Source: the human T2T-CHM13v2.0 reference genome, Homo sapiens | Assembly (NCBI RefSeq): GCF_009914755.1 | Contig: NC_060925.1 | Reading direction: 5' to 3' (one strand) | DNA: 64,000 nucleotides | Shown: positions 32,180 to 51,791 of the stretch, piece by piece | Layout of the letters: the number at the start of each line of letters is the position of its first letter | How positions within the stretch are numbered: the stretch's first letter is position 1 | The notes under the pieces: generated by a model | Told to the model about the DNA's origin: nothing | Seen by the model: only the letters and a program-made list of their open reading frames with translations | The model's database searches: none | Position numbers and translations under genes: made by a program

Positions 32180-34626
32180 GACTTGAGAGGGGATGAGCTC
32201 ACTCATGAAGAGTGCAGGAAGAAAAAGAAGCTTCTCTGCTCTGAGAAAGAATTACCGACATTAAGCATGTAGGTGAAAAGAGAAACAGAAAAGAAGACAG
32301 AAATGGTCGGAGTAGGACAATGAGGCAAAAAGGGGCTATCAAAGGTGTAGGAAGTAGATTGAGAAAACCCAAGGAAGCCACAGACAGGCAGCACATCCCG
32401 CCACTCTGGCCTTCCCAAGCTGCTGGAGAGAGCAGGGGCATCCCCGCAGCTGGGCACAGGCATCATCTCCTTTGCGGCTCCTAGACTTCTCCCAGAGGAG
32501 TTCATCAATTTCTATTCACGCACTGACACCTGTCCTGGAGCTTGACTTCTGATGCCCTGTGGCTGGGGTTGAGGGAGGGAGGAACAGGGCATTGCCACAG
32601 ACTCCCTCATATATAGATACACACAAACACAATCCTGATCTCTGACCCATCTCGAGCAGGAAAGTTGCAGAGCTTCCCAATTCCGCTTCATCCTCTGGAA
32701 CCTCGCTGGCGGTTCCAGACTTCAGAAAGTTCTTAATGATGAATCCTTGGCTTCTAGCCTCCTTCTTTCCCCACCACTCCCCAGGCTGAGATCATCCAGC
32801 CCTGAGCTCTGCACCTGCCATGTGCCTTCTGGGATACCCACTTGGAACCATATATTCCATGAGTTAATGGTGTCACTATCACCTCCTCTTCTATATCAAT
32901 AATTTTACCTTAATCTTCTCATTTACTACTTCACTAAAAAGGGACCTAAAAAAACAACTAGTCTTCTCTGCCTTCCCCTACTTTTTTATTGGTGTTGTCG
33001 AAGTTGCAGAAACTGAGATCACAGAGGAAACGGGATGTAGCTAGGATCACACAGTTAGGCAGAGTCAGGACTAAATCCAAGCCCCTGAGTCTGAGGCAGT
33101 AGAGAATAGTGATTCTGAGCAGAGAGGGGCCAGGGGCAGATCACCCCAGCTCTGCCACTTAGCTGCTTGACCTTGGGCAAGCCATTTAACCTCTCCATGC
33201 CTCACCCCTCCCCTGAAAATGGGGATGATATGGGTATCTCTTTCATAGAGCTGCTGTGAGGGTTAAAGAACCCAATATTCGTGAAGCACTTTGCACAGAG
33301 GCTGGCACATTCTGTAATAAGTCTGCTGTGATTATTTCTACTTTGCCCTGGTCTGCACATCTTGCTTTTAAAAAACATCTTTCTTCTGCTTTCTTAATTC
33401 CTGTTCTCCTTAGCATTCCTCTCATTTGTCCATCTTTAATCCCTGTCTCTGCTTGTCAGGAGGGGAGGGTTGGGTTTGGGGAGAAAGAGAGAGTGACTAC
33501 AGAGACTGGAACTTGCTTGACAGCCAGGGAGTGCCTGCCATGGTAACACAGGAACATGTAGCCTGCGCATGTTAGTGTAACAATCACACGGCATCCATGC
33601 TAGTCAGTTACACACAGTCACTCAACAGTCTCTGGGTATCTCATGCCCACACTCAATCAGCCCAGGACCCTGTGGCTTCAGAAATATCTTGGCCCCTTGT
33701 CAGGTGGAGCTCATACCCAAACCCATCCCAGGCAAGTCTCTCTCTCTGTCTGGCCAGCTTCTGTCTCCAACTCCCTCAGAGCCTGGCTTGGCTTGGAAGT
33801 TTTCAGCCCAGGAAGCCTGAGAGCGAAGTGGGCACCTTCGAGGGATTTTGATCCAGAACCATTCAGGAAAGACTGTGATGGTAGACCCCCTAAACACACG
33901 CACTGACACTGTGTGCGCATGAGCAGATAGGCTGGAGTCTTCAGCTCACAAACTTCTTCCACGTTCCCGATTACCCACCTCATCCAAAGTCTCTTGAGGT
34001 GCTTAGAGAAAGGATTGATACCTATTTTACCGAGGAAGCTGAGGCCAGCGAAGAATAGTGCTTTGCTTAAAGGCAAGGATGTGATAGAGCCAGGCAAATG
34101 TAGGGCCCTTGCGTCCCAGCCTCGAATATTTCTGTTTCACTGCAGCTGCGAGCTGCGAGCCCAGAAGGCGGCTCTGATCAATGTGGGCTGAATTCACGCC
34201 CCCTACCCACCCTACCCGATCCCGCCAAAGCCACTGCCTCCCCTGTGGCAGCCGCTGGGGAAAAGGGAGAGAACTGCCATAGCTTGTCTCTTTAATGCGC
34301 GCCCCCGGAGGCCCGGCGCGCCCCCGCCACTATAACTGGAGTGCATGGAGCAGGCTACGCTCAGAGGAGGAAGGGCGGGCGCTGGGCACCCGTTGACCGA
34401 CTTTTCCAAGTGCGATCAGTGCCCGTCCGTCCTGCCTCCATGGACCCGCCCGGGAACGGCCACCGCTGAGGACCCCACGCCCACTAGGATCCCGGCTGGG
34501 TCGCACCCAGCTACCGCACCGTGACCTCCGCGGGCTGTGCCGGCTCCCGGCGCCTCTGCCCGCAGCGCTCGCCGTCGGGCTAGGGCTCCGCCGCCGCCAC
34601 GCCTCGCGCCCGGCACTCACCGCCCC

Positions 34627-34653
34627 ATGCTGGTGCACACCTACTCCGCCATG
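34627..34653 (+). CDS. TFAP2E: AP-2 epsilon coding exon 1 (MLVHTYSAM)
   Basis: AP-2-family N-terminal mini-exon; donor ATG|GTGAGT; seven exons sum to 1329 nt = 442 aa + stop. Confidence 0.93.
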
Positions 34654-34975
34654 GTGAGTAGTCTCGGGCCCGGGACATATTCGGCCGGGGGATCGGGGCG
34701 CCTGAGTGCTGGACTTTCCAACCCTCCTGTCCCGCGCTAACGAAATCTCGGAGGGAGGGGGCCGCAGGGACTTCGCCAGCTGAGAACGCGATGCGCAAGT
34801 GACCGCTGTCCCCAGCCTGAGGCTCCTGCGCCCGCGGGTGGCTCGGAAATAAACCTCGGGCCCCAAGAAACGGGAGGGACTGCAGCTGAACCCTCCCGAG
34901 CTGAGGAGGATCCTTTCAGGCTGGGGTCCTTTCAGCTGCCAGTGGGTCACCTAAGGCACCCCTCTCCTTCCCCAG

Positions 34976-35458
34976 GAGCGCCCCGACGGGCTGGGAGCAG
35001 CTGCCGGCGGGGCCCGCCTGTCGTCTCTGCCCCAGGCGGCCTACGGGCCGGCGCCCCCGCTCTGCCACACGCCGGCCGCCACAGCTGCCGCCGAATTCCA
35101 GCCGCCCTACTTCCCGCCGCCCTACCCGCAGCCACCGCTGCCCTACGGTCAGGCGCCCGACGCCGCCGCAGCCTTTCCCCACCTGGCAGGGGACCCATAT
35201 GGCGGCCTGGCGCCCCTGGCGCAGCCGCAGCCTCCTCAGGCCGCCTGGGCCGCGCCCCGCGCAGCCGCCCGCGCCCACGAGGAGCCTCCCGGCCTGCTGG
35301 CACCGCCCGCCCGCGCCCTGGGCCTTGACCCGCGCCGTGACTATGCCACTGCCGTGCCCCGGCTCCTGCACGGCCTGGCCGACGGCGCGCACGGCCTGGC
35401 AGACGCACCTCTCGGCCTTCCGGGGCTGGCGGCGGCCCCCGGTCTGGAGGACCTGCAG
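34976..35458 (+). CDS. TFAP2E: AP-2 epsilon exon 2 (proline-rich activation domain, PY motif)
   Basis: [20 protein letters not shown]...[14 protein letters not shown]...LEDLQ; ccccag| and CAG|GTGAGA; not called in the ORF track. Confidence 0.95.
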
Positions 35459-35997
35459 GTGAGACCCGAGGGATCCGGGATGGGTCGGGACTGGCCGCGG
35501 TGGTTTACTACCATGGCTGGAGGCAGAAGGTGACAAATGCAGGAAGCCGACTTTTCTCCCAGCTCGCCACATCTCACTGGTGACTCCGAGGATGTGTCCC
35601 ACCTCCTGGGTTAGACGTTGCCTGGCCATCAAGGCTGCCTGGCACTGAGTCCGCCAGCAGTGCGTGGGTGGCAGCAACCCTCGGCAGGGACCGAATCACT
35701 TCTTTTCTCCCCGCTGCCACGTGTGGCATCCATGGGGCAGCCTGCACCTGGGGCGAAGAGAAGCATAATAGTTACCAGTGTAAGATTCAAAATTCCCTTT
35801 TTGCACTGCACAGTGAGATGCCCAGGGCTCCAGCTCAGTGCCTGGACATAGCGATTCCTGGGCCTGCCCGTCGCCGCCCCAAGCGAAGCTGGTGCGCCTT
35901 GGGCGGAGCAGACAGAGACCCTGGGTGGCAGGGGCTTGGGAAGACATGGGCGGCTAGGGCTTTATGCGCCCTCACCGCTGCCCTCTGCTATTTGCAG

Positions 35998-36049
35998 GCA
36001 ATGGACGAGCCGGGAATGAGCCTCCTAGACCAGTCCGTGATCAAGAAAG
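35998..36049 (+). CDS. TFAP2E: AP-2 epsilon exon 3 (AMDEPGMSLLDQSVIKK)
   Basis: DQSVIKK AP-2 motif; tttgcag| and AAG|GTAAGG. Confidence 0.93.
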
Positions 36050-37869
36050 GTAAGGAATGGTCTGTCAGGGCAGAGCCCGGCGAGATGGTGCAGGCCCTTG
36101 GTGCACAGATCCATTTTCTTCACCGGCCGTGCCTCCTGTGTGTCGCCAGGCTGGGTGTCCACCAGGCACTCTTCCTGGCCCAGCCAGATGTTAGGCAGAC
36201 GTGCGGGCTTGGTGAGTTTGCCCAGCACCCTGTGGCCTGGGGTGGGCCTCAGCGGATCAGCATTCACTGGGCTGCAGCACTGGGAGCCTGGCCTCTCCCC
36301 GCCGAGGGGGAGGGCACTCTTGTGGATCTGGAGTTGATTTGCAGAACGAGTTAAACCACTTCCCTGTTTCCCTAAGAGATGGGAATGGAAGTGCTGTTCC
36401 CACGGAGTTGGGGAAATGATTTTCACTTTACAGTGCCTTAGCATTTCGGTGCCTGGCGGGCACTTTCTTCCTCTTCCTTCCAGGCAGGGCCTTGGAGGCC
36501 TCTGGGGGAATTTTCTTTCTGTGGGAGTCTCTTGCGGCATTTAGACTTAGGGGAGCTTGTGTGTGAGTACTGTGTGTTAGGCTGTGTGCACCTGAGTCAG
36601 GGCCCACCTGCTCCTGGGTGTCTGTGTCCATGTGAGTTCAGGGTCCTGTGCATGTCTGAAATGTTCCCTTCATGGGTGTCTTAGTATTTCTTGGAGTGTG
36701 AGTGTGTCTGTTTCTGTGAATGTGTTTGTGAGGTGTGTCTCTGTATGTTGGTGTGCATTTCTCTGCATTTGGGGGATGTACACATTTCTCAATATGTACA
36801 GTATCTCTGTTGTGTCCTGCACTTTGTTCTTTGGTATCTGAGGATTTCCAAGCATGCGCGGGCCCTCTCTGTGTATATATAGGAGTATTTATGTGACTCC
36901 TGGCATTAGTAAAATCCAGGGACACGGGATCCACCTTTTCTGGCCTGAGGACCAAGTACTGGCCATGACAGGGGAAGGTGAGAGACGACAAAAACAGAGA
37001 GACAGCCAGAGAGGAGCAGAGAGTCAGAGGGGCCCAGGCATTGGGTAGCAGCCTCTTTACATTTGGGGCAGGTGCCCGAAAGAATTCAGAGGTGCACATG
37101 AGCCTGAGGTGCCCCAGGCAGGCACTGCTCCCACAGGGTTTGGCTTGAGTTGTTTTTCAAACGAGTGAATTCAAGCCTGGGCTCTATTTGCCCTCCACTT
37201 GTTCTCAGGGGAGGCCAAGGTGGAAGTGGTGGTAGCAGGGCTGGGGCTGGACTTCCAGGAGCTGGGGCTGAGTTACCAGGAGCTGGGGGTTGGGTGGATG
37301 ACTTGGAGTGTGTAGCAGGGAAGATGAGGCAACAGGGCAGGAAGTGGGTGGGGGGAGGTGGAATTGGGGCTGTGTCCTGTGTCGCTTGGAACTGGGAGTG
37401 TGGGAAAGACACTAGGAACCTGGTTGCAGCGCAGCTCTGCTGGTGGGGCTTGGTTGGCTTACTGTACAGAGCCTTTCTTGACCCCTGAAGAAAGAGATCC
37501 GTCTGCAGTGGGCAAAAGCCTGCCTGGACTTCCTGGCCACCAGAAATATGAGCATGGTGGTGGTCCCCAGTTCCCTATTCATGCTTGGGCTCAAGAGACT
37601 GGGAGTCTAGGTTCACTGACTCCCTGAGAAAGACTAAGACCCTGCATTTTAGAAAGAGGTTTGGGGATCTCTGCCCTGCGCAAGGGTAGAAGGATCAGCT
37701 GTTCCTCTGAGCACCTTAACCCGGAACCCCGGTCCGAAGCCGAGACAGGAGACTGGATGCGAGGCCCTCCCAGAGCTGGTTTCTCTCAAACAACTTCCAA
37801 AACTCCTAGATCCTAGGGGTACGCCGAAATCCCCCAAAGCAGTCCAAAGAACACAACGAGAGTCCTAAC

Positions 37870-39070
37870 ATCCCAGGTGGCGGCGCGCTGGCTCCCTGGA
37901 GCGGGGCGGGACGCGGCCGCGCGGACTCACGTGCACAACCGCGCGGGACGGGGCCACGCGGACTCACGTGCACAACCGCGGGACCCCAGCGCCAGCGGGA
38001 CCCCAGCGCCAGCGGGACCCCAGCGCCAGCGGGACCCCAGCGCCAGCGGGACCCCAGCGCCAGCGGGTCTGTGGCCCAGTGGAGCGAGTGGAGCGCTGGC
38101 GACCTGAGCGGAGACTGCGCCCTGGACGCCCCAGCCTAGACGTCAAGTTACAGCCCGCGCAGCAGCAGCAAAGGGGAAGGGGCAGGAGCCGGGCACAGTT
38201 GGATCCGGAGGTCGTGACCCAGGGGAAAGCGTGGGCGGTCGACCCAGGGCAGCTGCGGCGGCGAGGCAGGTGGGCTCCTTGCTCCCTGGAGCCGCCCCTC
38301 CCCACACCTGCCCTCGGCGCCCCCAGCAGTTTTCACCTTGGCCCTCCGCGGTCACTGCGGGATTCGGCGTTGCCGCCAGCCCAGTGGGGAGTGAATTAGC
38401 GCCCTCCTTCGTCCTCGGCCCTTCCGACGGCACGAGGAACTCCTGTCCTGCCCCACAGACCTTCGGCCTCCGCCGAGTGCGGTACTGGAGCCTGCCCCGC
38501 CAGGGCCCTGGAATCAGAGAAAGTCGCTCTTTGGCCACCTGAAGCGTCGGATCCCTACAGTGCCTCCCAGCCTGGGCGGGAGCGGCGGCTGCGTCGCTGA
38601 AGGTTGGGGTCCTTGGTGCGAAAGGGAGGCAGCTGCAGCCTCAGCCCCACCCCAGAAGCGGCCTTCGCATCGCTGCGGTGGGCGTTCTCGGGCTTCGACT
38701 TCGCCAGCGCCGCGGGGCAGAGGCACCTGGAGCTCGCAGGGCCCAGACCTGGGTTGGAAAAGCTTCGCTGACTGCAGGCAAGCGTCCGGGAGGGGCGGCC
38801 AGGCGAAGCCCCGGCGCTTTACCACACACTTCCGGGTCCCATGCCAGTTGCATCCGCGGTATTGGGCAGGAAATGGCAGGGCTGAGGCCGACCCTAGGAG
38901 TATAAGGGAGCCCTCCATTTCCTGCCCACATTTGTCACCTCCAGTTTTGCAACCTATCCCAGACACACAGAAAGCAAGCAGGACTGGTGGGGAGACGGAG
39001 CTTAACAGGAATATTTTCCAGCAGTGAGCAGGGGCTGTATGGGACGCGGGAGGAGCTCAGAGGAGGCGCG
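37870..39070. promoter_or_regulatory. Intragenic CpG island in TFAP2E intron 3 (likely antisense promoter)
   Basis: High CpG density, GC boxes, E-boxes; from recall, TFAP2E intron 3 methylation is studied in colorectal cancer. Confidence 0.8.
37980..38064. repeat. 17-bp minisatellite GGGACCCCAGCGCCAGC, 5 perfect copies
   Basis: Units start at 37980, 37997, 38014, 38031, 38048. Confidence 0.95.
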
Positions 39071-39223
39071 GAGAGTGCCCGAGGTTGGGTGAGTGCCTAG
39101 AGGGGAGATAGTTGAACCGGGTTCAAGAGGTGCTTAGTGGGTGTTTGTTGAATGAATGAGTGATGGGCTTTGAAGTCTGAGTGCATTGAAAGAGGGGGTG
39201 TGTAAAAAGGGCTCCTTTCATCA

Positions 39224-39484
<261 letters not shown>

Positions 39485-39824
39485 TTATACAATCAGAGCT
39501 GGAGGGGAGTGGTCAAGGATGAGAACTGAGATGGATCCCTCGTTCCCTCTGGAGGAGAGTGGGTGGTTGCCTACTTGGGGGTGGGGAATCCCTCTCCACG
39601 GGCTCAGCTGTCCAATCTCAGGGGATCTCTAGGACAGGAGCTGATGTAAACAGTCGCCCTATTCCTTGCTGTCTTTGGCCCTGGAGAAGGAGGAGGGAGC
39701 TGGGGAGGGTCTCCACTTCCCAGACAATCTCTAAGCAGCCAGGACATGGGTGAGATGAGTGAGATACTGACTTCTGGGACAGAATTTGAGAGGGTGCCAA
39801 AAAACTCAGTAATCAAGATAAATA

Positions 39825-44480
<4,656 letters not shown>

Positions 44481-44615
44481 CTTGCAACTTTAACAAGGCT
44501 TCTTGGAGAGTCTGTTGCACACTTGCCTAGGTTCAGAAGTCAGACCATATCTACCACCTGCGGACAGAGTGCCTTGTCTGACAGGTTGAATAACCGGGAG
44601 CTCTTGTGTCTGCAG

Positions 44616-44617
<2 letters not shown>

Positions 44618-44660
<43 letters not shown>
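44618..44660. repeat. (TG)n microsatellite
   Basis: Perfect TG run of ~21 units. Confidence 0.95.
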
Positions 44661-44664
<4 letters not shown>

Positions 44665-45122
44665 GCTTCTGCATATGTGACCAGCAGGACACCATTAGAT
44701 CACTTCAGCTTCAGGAGTCACCACAGGGAATCCTGTTCTGTGTGTGTGGGAGACAAACTTTAGTGTCTCTGCTTTGCCCTGTGTGCTAGTTTAATTCCTA
44801 CCTCCACCACTGCCCTTCTGTGACCGACCTGCTTCCCTAACCATGGATTCCATCCCTCTTGCCATTTTCAAGGGAAGAAGCTCTGAGAAAAAAAGGGACA
44901 GGTGGGGGAAGCAGCAAGGTCAGTCACTCATATACACAAACACATGAGCAATGTCATCTCTGCCCTTATATCTAGCAGCACCTATGTTTGCATAAATCTG
45001 GCATCAACAGGAGAAAGCACTTGCAAATATCCATATCTAGGCTACCACATTCCTCCATACTCCAGCTCATCCTCATTGCTGTATTTATCACAAGGGCATA
45101 CAGTTCTTGTATACAGTCATCC

Positions 45123-45852
<730 letters not shown>

Positions 45853-46489
45853 CATTTGTAGTTTTATTTGTTTGAAGTCAAGCTCGAGGTATAATTTTTT
45901 TATACATACAGTATAGTTCAGTTCGGGTTCCCAGAGCCCTTGCATCATTAGCTTATTTCATATTCACTCATGGCCACCTGTGCCAAGACCCTGCCCTCCA
46001 CACACTCATGCTTGGTAGGGAAGACACCCATGGAAACAGACCAGGAAGGTTCAGTGCGGTAAGGCCAGGGATGGGGGTGAGAGGGAGCTGGGGGGCAGGG
46101 GAGAGAAGCTCTGCACAGGGGTTGGTGCCTAAACTCAGTAGAGTGGAGCAGGACCCCTGAGAACCGAAGGAGCACTGTGGGGCTCAAAGAGCTCACACCC
46201 TGGGAGTCACTACATCCCAGGAGGCACTTCACACTTGTTCCATTTGGCCTGTGCTGGGTTTTTAAATCTTTGAATCATTGCCAATGCTTAAAACTCCAGA
46301 GATTTCACAGAAAAATCCAGAATCCTAGTTTCAAAAATCAGCAAAACAAAACAAAAACACAAACAAACCAGGAGCTTTGTGTCTTGCTTGGCGGGACTTT
46401 GCATAAGGTGCCCCTCTAGCCTGCCAACCTCCCCCACAGCCCACTTACTATGTTACCTGTTGAGCCCCTCCTCCCTTGAAGCCTGGAGC

Positions 46490-47140
<651 letters not shown>

Positions 47141-48375
47141 TGGGTCTAGAGCCTAATGGACAAATGGGGACCCAGCAAGAGGGGCAGGCAGAGCCAGAAC
47201 ACAAGGGAGGGTGAAGGAGGCCATTGTAACATGATGGTTAAAGCTGTGAACTCTGGAGTCAGTGCTCAGAGTTGAAGGTTCATTTCTGCCCCTTACTTGC
47301 TGTCCCACTTTAACCTCTTTGAACTTTCAGCACCTGGCACTCATTGACAGGTGAAATTATAGTTGGCACTCATTGACAGGTGACATCATTTTGTCTAGCT
47401 CTGGAGCTGGGATTTGATTCTCAGGGAACTGACCGGGCTCTGATGAGTTTTAGGCTGAGTTTTTGGCTGCAGAATGATGCATTCAGATGGAAAGATCCCT
47501 CTGGACTGGGGCAGGGTGACCAGAGCAAGGTCTGTGGAGAAATTCACATGGGAAGGGAACCTGTGTCTGTGTGCATGCAGAGGAGTGGCCACATACAAGG
47601 CACATAAAGAAATGAAAGTCGTAGGATGGGCAGGGGTGGGAGAAACAAAAAAAGAAAGCTGTAGGATCTAGTGATGGATGGGATGTGGTGATGGATGGGG
47701 TGTGGTGATGGATGGGATGTGCTGGGGGAGAGGGTTGCAGAGGGTATCACAGAGGTTTCTGGCTGGGCTGCTGGGTGGAGGTGGGGAGGTTTATCCAGAG
47801 AGGGAGAGACTAGACGTTCTGCCAGGCTACGGATCAGGCTAGCCTTTCCTACTTTTGTATTCCTCAGCCCTGGCACCATTCTTGGCATGAAAGTGCTCAG
47901 CCAATATTGCCAAGTGGCTGGAAGGCTAACAGCACCGCCTTTGAGACTGCAGTCTTGGGTTTGCTACCGGTTCTCCGTCTACCAGCTGTGTGATCTCAGG
48001 CATATTACTTCACCTCTCTGGACATCAGTCTCCTCATCTGTAAAATGGGAATAGTGATAAGTGTAGCCCCTTGTGGGTTGTTCCAAGGACTGAGTGGGTT
48101 TATATACGGGAGCACACAGCAGTGAGTGCTCAGTAGCTGTTAGTCCCAGACTCCACACCCGAGCCTCACTCCTGATGTACACACGAGGCCTTGTCTACCA
48201 AGGCTGTCACCTCCTTAAAGGAAGAAAAGGCCAAAGGGTTCCGCTAAAGAAGCAAGTGCTTCGATATTCTCCCTTCCCCTGAGGCTAAGCAGGAGGATGG
48301 AGGTTAGACTGCAGGAAGAACTTTCTTTCTCTTATAGCCAAGAATGTCTAAGTGAATTTTAGAAAATTAACTTCT

Positions 48376-48699
<324 letters not shown>

Positions 48700-49347
48700 T
48701 CAGATTCCTTCTCTGGTCTTCAGACAATTAGTAGATAATTAGGGAGTGTTTGGGGAGGGGGTATAGGGCCTATCTCCTGGTCTCCTTTAGCATTCGCAGA
48801 GTGACTTGGCAGGAAGAGAGGGCCAGGGCTGAAGGCATTAACAGGGCAATAACCTCCCTGTCTCCAGGATGTGGAGCCCACAGTCTCCAGGCCCCTCACC
48901 GATGCAGGGGTGAGGTGGGGTGGGAGGGCAGAGAGGAAAAACGTGGGAATCACGAATGGGAAGAGGGGATTTGGGGACTCCCTGTGATTGCCCAGCCCTG
49001 GCCTGACCCTGCTGCAGGGCCCCAGGGGTCCTGCCTCCAGCTCACACTCATATCCTTACATCCAGGTCCCTCTCTGATGGCATCCGCTAAAACACCAAGA
49101 TTCCGCTGGAGCTGTTTGAGTTTAAGATAGGACCAGCCTGGTTCAGTGAGGGGGACACAGATTCAAGAGCCAGACAACTCGGAGTTCAGTCTCTGAGTTC
49201 ACATCCATCAGTTGAGGGAACTTGGGCGAGTCACTTTCACCTCACTGTGGCTCAGTTTCTCCCTTCATAAAGCAAGGATACCAGACCCTCCCTTGAGTGG
49301 GGCTGTGTGCGGCAGCCACTGGCTCAGCGTTTCCCTCTTCTCCACAG

Positions 49348-49570
49348 TGCCCATCCCCTCCAAAGCCAGCAGCCTCTCAGCCCTCTCCTTGGCCAAAGAC
49401 AGCCTGGTGGGCGGCATCACAAATCCTGGTGAGGTCTTCTGCTCCGTGCCCGGCCGGCTTTCACTGCTCAGCTCAACGTCCAAGTACAAGGTGACGGTGG
49501 GGGAGGTGCAGCGGCGACTCTCGCCTCCCGAGTGCCTCAACGCCTCCCTCCTGGGGGGTGTCCTCCGCAG
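49348..49570 (+). CDS. TFAP2E: AP-2 epsilon exon 4 (start of DNA-binding domain)
   Basis: [46 protein letters not shown], the AP-2 signature; tccacag| and CAG|GTAGGA. Confidence 0.97.
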
Positions 49571-50203
49571 GTAGGAAGGCCAGCCCACAATTCCCCGCCT
49601 GATTGGATCCCTGGCCTCTTCAGGCCTTCTCAAGGCATCAGAGAGGAGGCCAGTCTCACCTAGGCCCTCTGCCTCAGTCTCCCTGGGAGGGGAGGCCCCG
49701 GGGACTCTGGATTGTGCATGTTGTGGGGGCCGGCCCAGGTCCCTGGTGGCTGCCACATGTCTGTGGGTCTGGGGTAGGGAGGTGGGCAGAGAAAGAAGCC
49801 TGGGCACAGAGAAGGGATGGAGAACTCATCCACACTGGTCAGGACGAGACTGGGTCTGGGGAAGAGAGAGGGCCATCCTCACCCCCTCTTCTAGGAAATG
49901 AACCCCAGGACCCGAGGCCCATTCTGCGCGGCAGCATAGGCCCTGTGTGTTTTGGGGTGTGGAGCATGGTAGTCCATGGTTCATCTTCCTAGACCTGTGT
50001 CTCTCTCTCTCTGTGCATGTCTTTGTGCCTGGGAAGGGTATTTCTGCTTCAGGGCCATGAGCTTGGATGAGTCTGAGGATGGTGTGGACATGTGTGTGCG
50101 TGTGCATGTGTCTATAGTAGCGGATGGCCAGGAGCATGTGTTTCCATGAGTGTGAGTATCCTGTGTTTCTTCTAGTGGGATGTGTGGCCTAGGGTGTGTC
50201 CTG

Positions 50204-50205
<2 letters not shown>

Positions 50206-50252
<47 letters not shown>
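50206..50252. repeat. (TG)n microsatellite within TG-rich TFAP2E intron 4
   Basis: Perfect TG run. Confidence 0.95.
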
Positions 50253-50253
<1 letters not shown>

Positions 50254-50913
50254 TTGCCTGTGCATCTGGAGCTAGTCATATGGATGTTTACATATCTGTG
50301 CCACTGTGTGGGAGTGGCATGTGTGCAGTCATAGGGGTTATCTCCTTACTCCTAGCGTCTTGGAGGATCTCTGTGAGTCCCTGAGTGTCTGTACATGTGT
50401 TCCTGGGACCCTGACTTGGTGTGATCCTGTGTCTCTGTGTCCCTGGGTGTCTGAGTCTGTGTCTCTGCATGTCTGTCTCTATTGGTTCTATGTGTCTCTA
50501 TTCTTTCACGTGTGTGTGTGTGTGTGTGTGAGAGAGTCACCAGGTGGCTGTGTGTGTACCTGTGTCTCCCCATGTGTCTCTCTTTCTGTATGTCACTGCG
50601 TGTCTCTACATATAGGTCTGTGTATCCCCTGGTAGGTGTGTGTGGCCCTCTGGTGTGCTAAGGTCCCCAGGATGCCCCACCCTGGCTGCCCCTGCTGTTG
50701 AGAGGATTAGAGTGAACTGAGGGGCTCCTGGAGCTGGGTGCTGGCCCCCCTGCCTCTGTCTTGGCTGCAAAACCATGGAGATTAGTTGCGCCCTTGCTGA
50801 AAGAGACCTCAGAGCATCCCCAGGACCAATCCCAAACCTCAACAGGGGCTGGTGGAGGCAACAAGGCCCTTTGGCAGCCACTTAGCTTCCATGCGTTTCT
50901 CTTGTCTTCATAG

Positions 50914-51069
<156 letters not shown>

Positions 51070-51649
51070 TGAGGCCTGAAGGTGGGCATGGGAGTGGATG
51101 TGAGGGCAAGTGAGTTGTCTGGTGTGACTGTCTCTAATGCAGGAGGGTGTGTTTAGTGGTGTGTGTGTATCCGTGTAAGTGTTGCAGTATCTGTGTGCGT
51201 ATTCTCTGTCATGTATAAGGTGTGTTTGTGATTTCTGTGTGTAGTCCTTGTACATGTGTGCATGCATGTGCAATGGAGACCTACTTGCAGTGTGCGGATG
51301 TGTATGTGGGTGTGGGTGTGGGTGTGTGGGTGTGTGTGTTGGCGGGGAGTGGCCAGTGTTTGGATGTGGTAAAGGGATGAAGGGGGTGACAGCCCCCTCC
51401 CCTGGAGGTTGGTGCCTCTGGAATACATGGTGGGCCCAGCTCCCATCTCTGAGCTCAGAGCCCAACCCTAATGGCCCCAAGGTGGGGCAATGGAATGGGG
51501 GCTGGAGCTGGGCTGGGAAGGAACATCAGAGGGGGCATCTACACAGGCAGGATGGGGCAGGATACCCCTGACCAGGGGGTCAGAGGTTCAAAGCTGTGTT
51601 CCAGGCGCAGAGGTACACCCTGCAGTAGTGACAGCTCCCCTCCCCCCAG

Positions 51650-51791
51650 GAGAGGCCGTGCACCTGGCCCGAGACTTCGGTTACGTCTGTGAGACGGAGT
51701 TCCCAGCCAAGGCAGCTGCCGAGTACCTGTGCCGACAGCACGCTGACCCGGGGGAGCTGCACAGCCGCAAGAGCATGCTGCTGGCTGCCAA
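51650..51791 (+). CDS. TFAP2E: AP-2 epsilon exon 6 (helix-span-helix)
   Basis: [31 protein letters not shown]...MLLAAK; ccccag| and AA|GTGAGT. Confidence 0.96.

Larger units (their letters stand above)
34140..35520 (+). promoter_or_regulatory. TFAP2E: TFAP2E promoter/exon 1-2 CpG island with GC box and TATA-like element
   Basis: CCCCCGCC 34321 followed by TATAA 34331-34335; dense CpG through exon 2. Confidence 0.8.

Noticed and set aside
34330-35677. Long minus-strand ORFs (206 and 253 aa) over TFAP2E exons 1-2
   Set aside because: Antisense shadows of GC-rich, stop-poor sequence; low-complexity R/G/A composition, no recognisable domain
35668-36354. 228-aa ORF
   Set aside because: Read-through around the 52-nt TFAP2E exon 3; only the exon portion is supported
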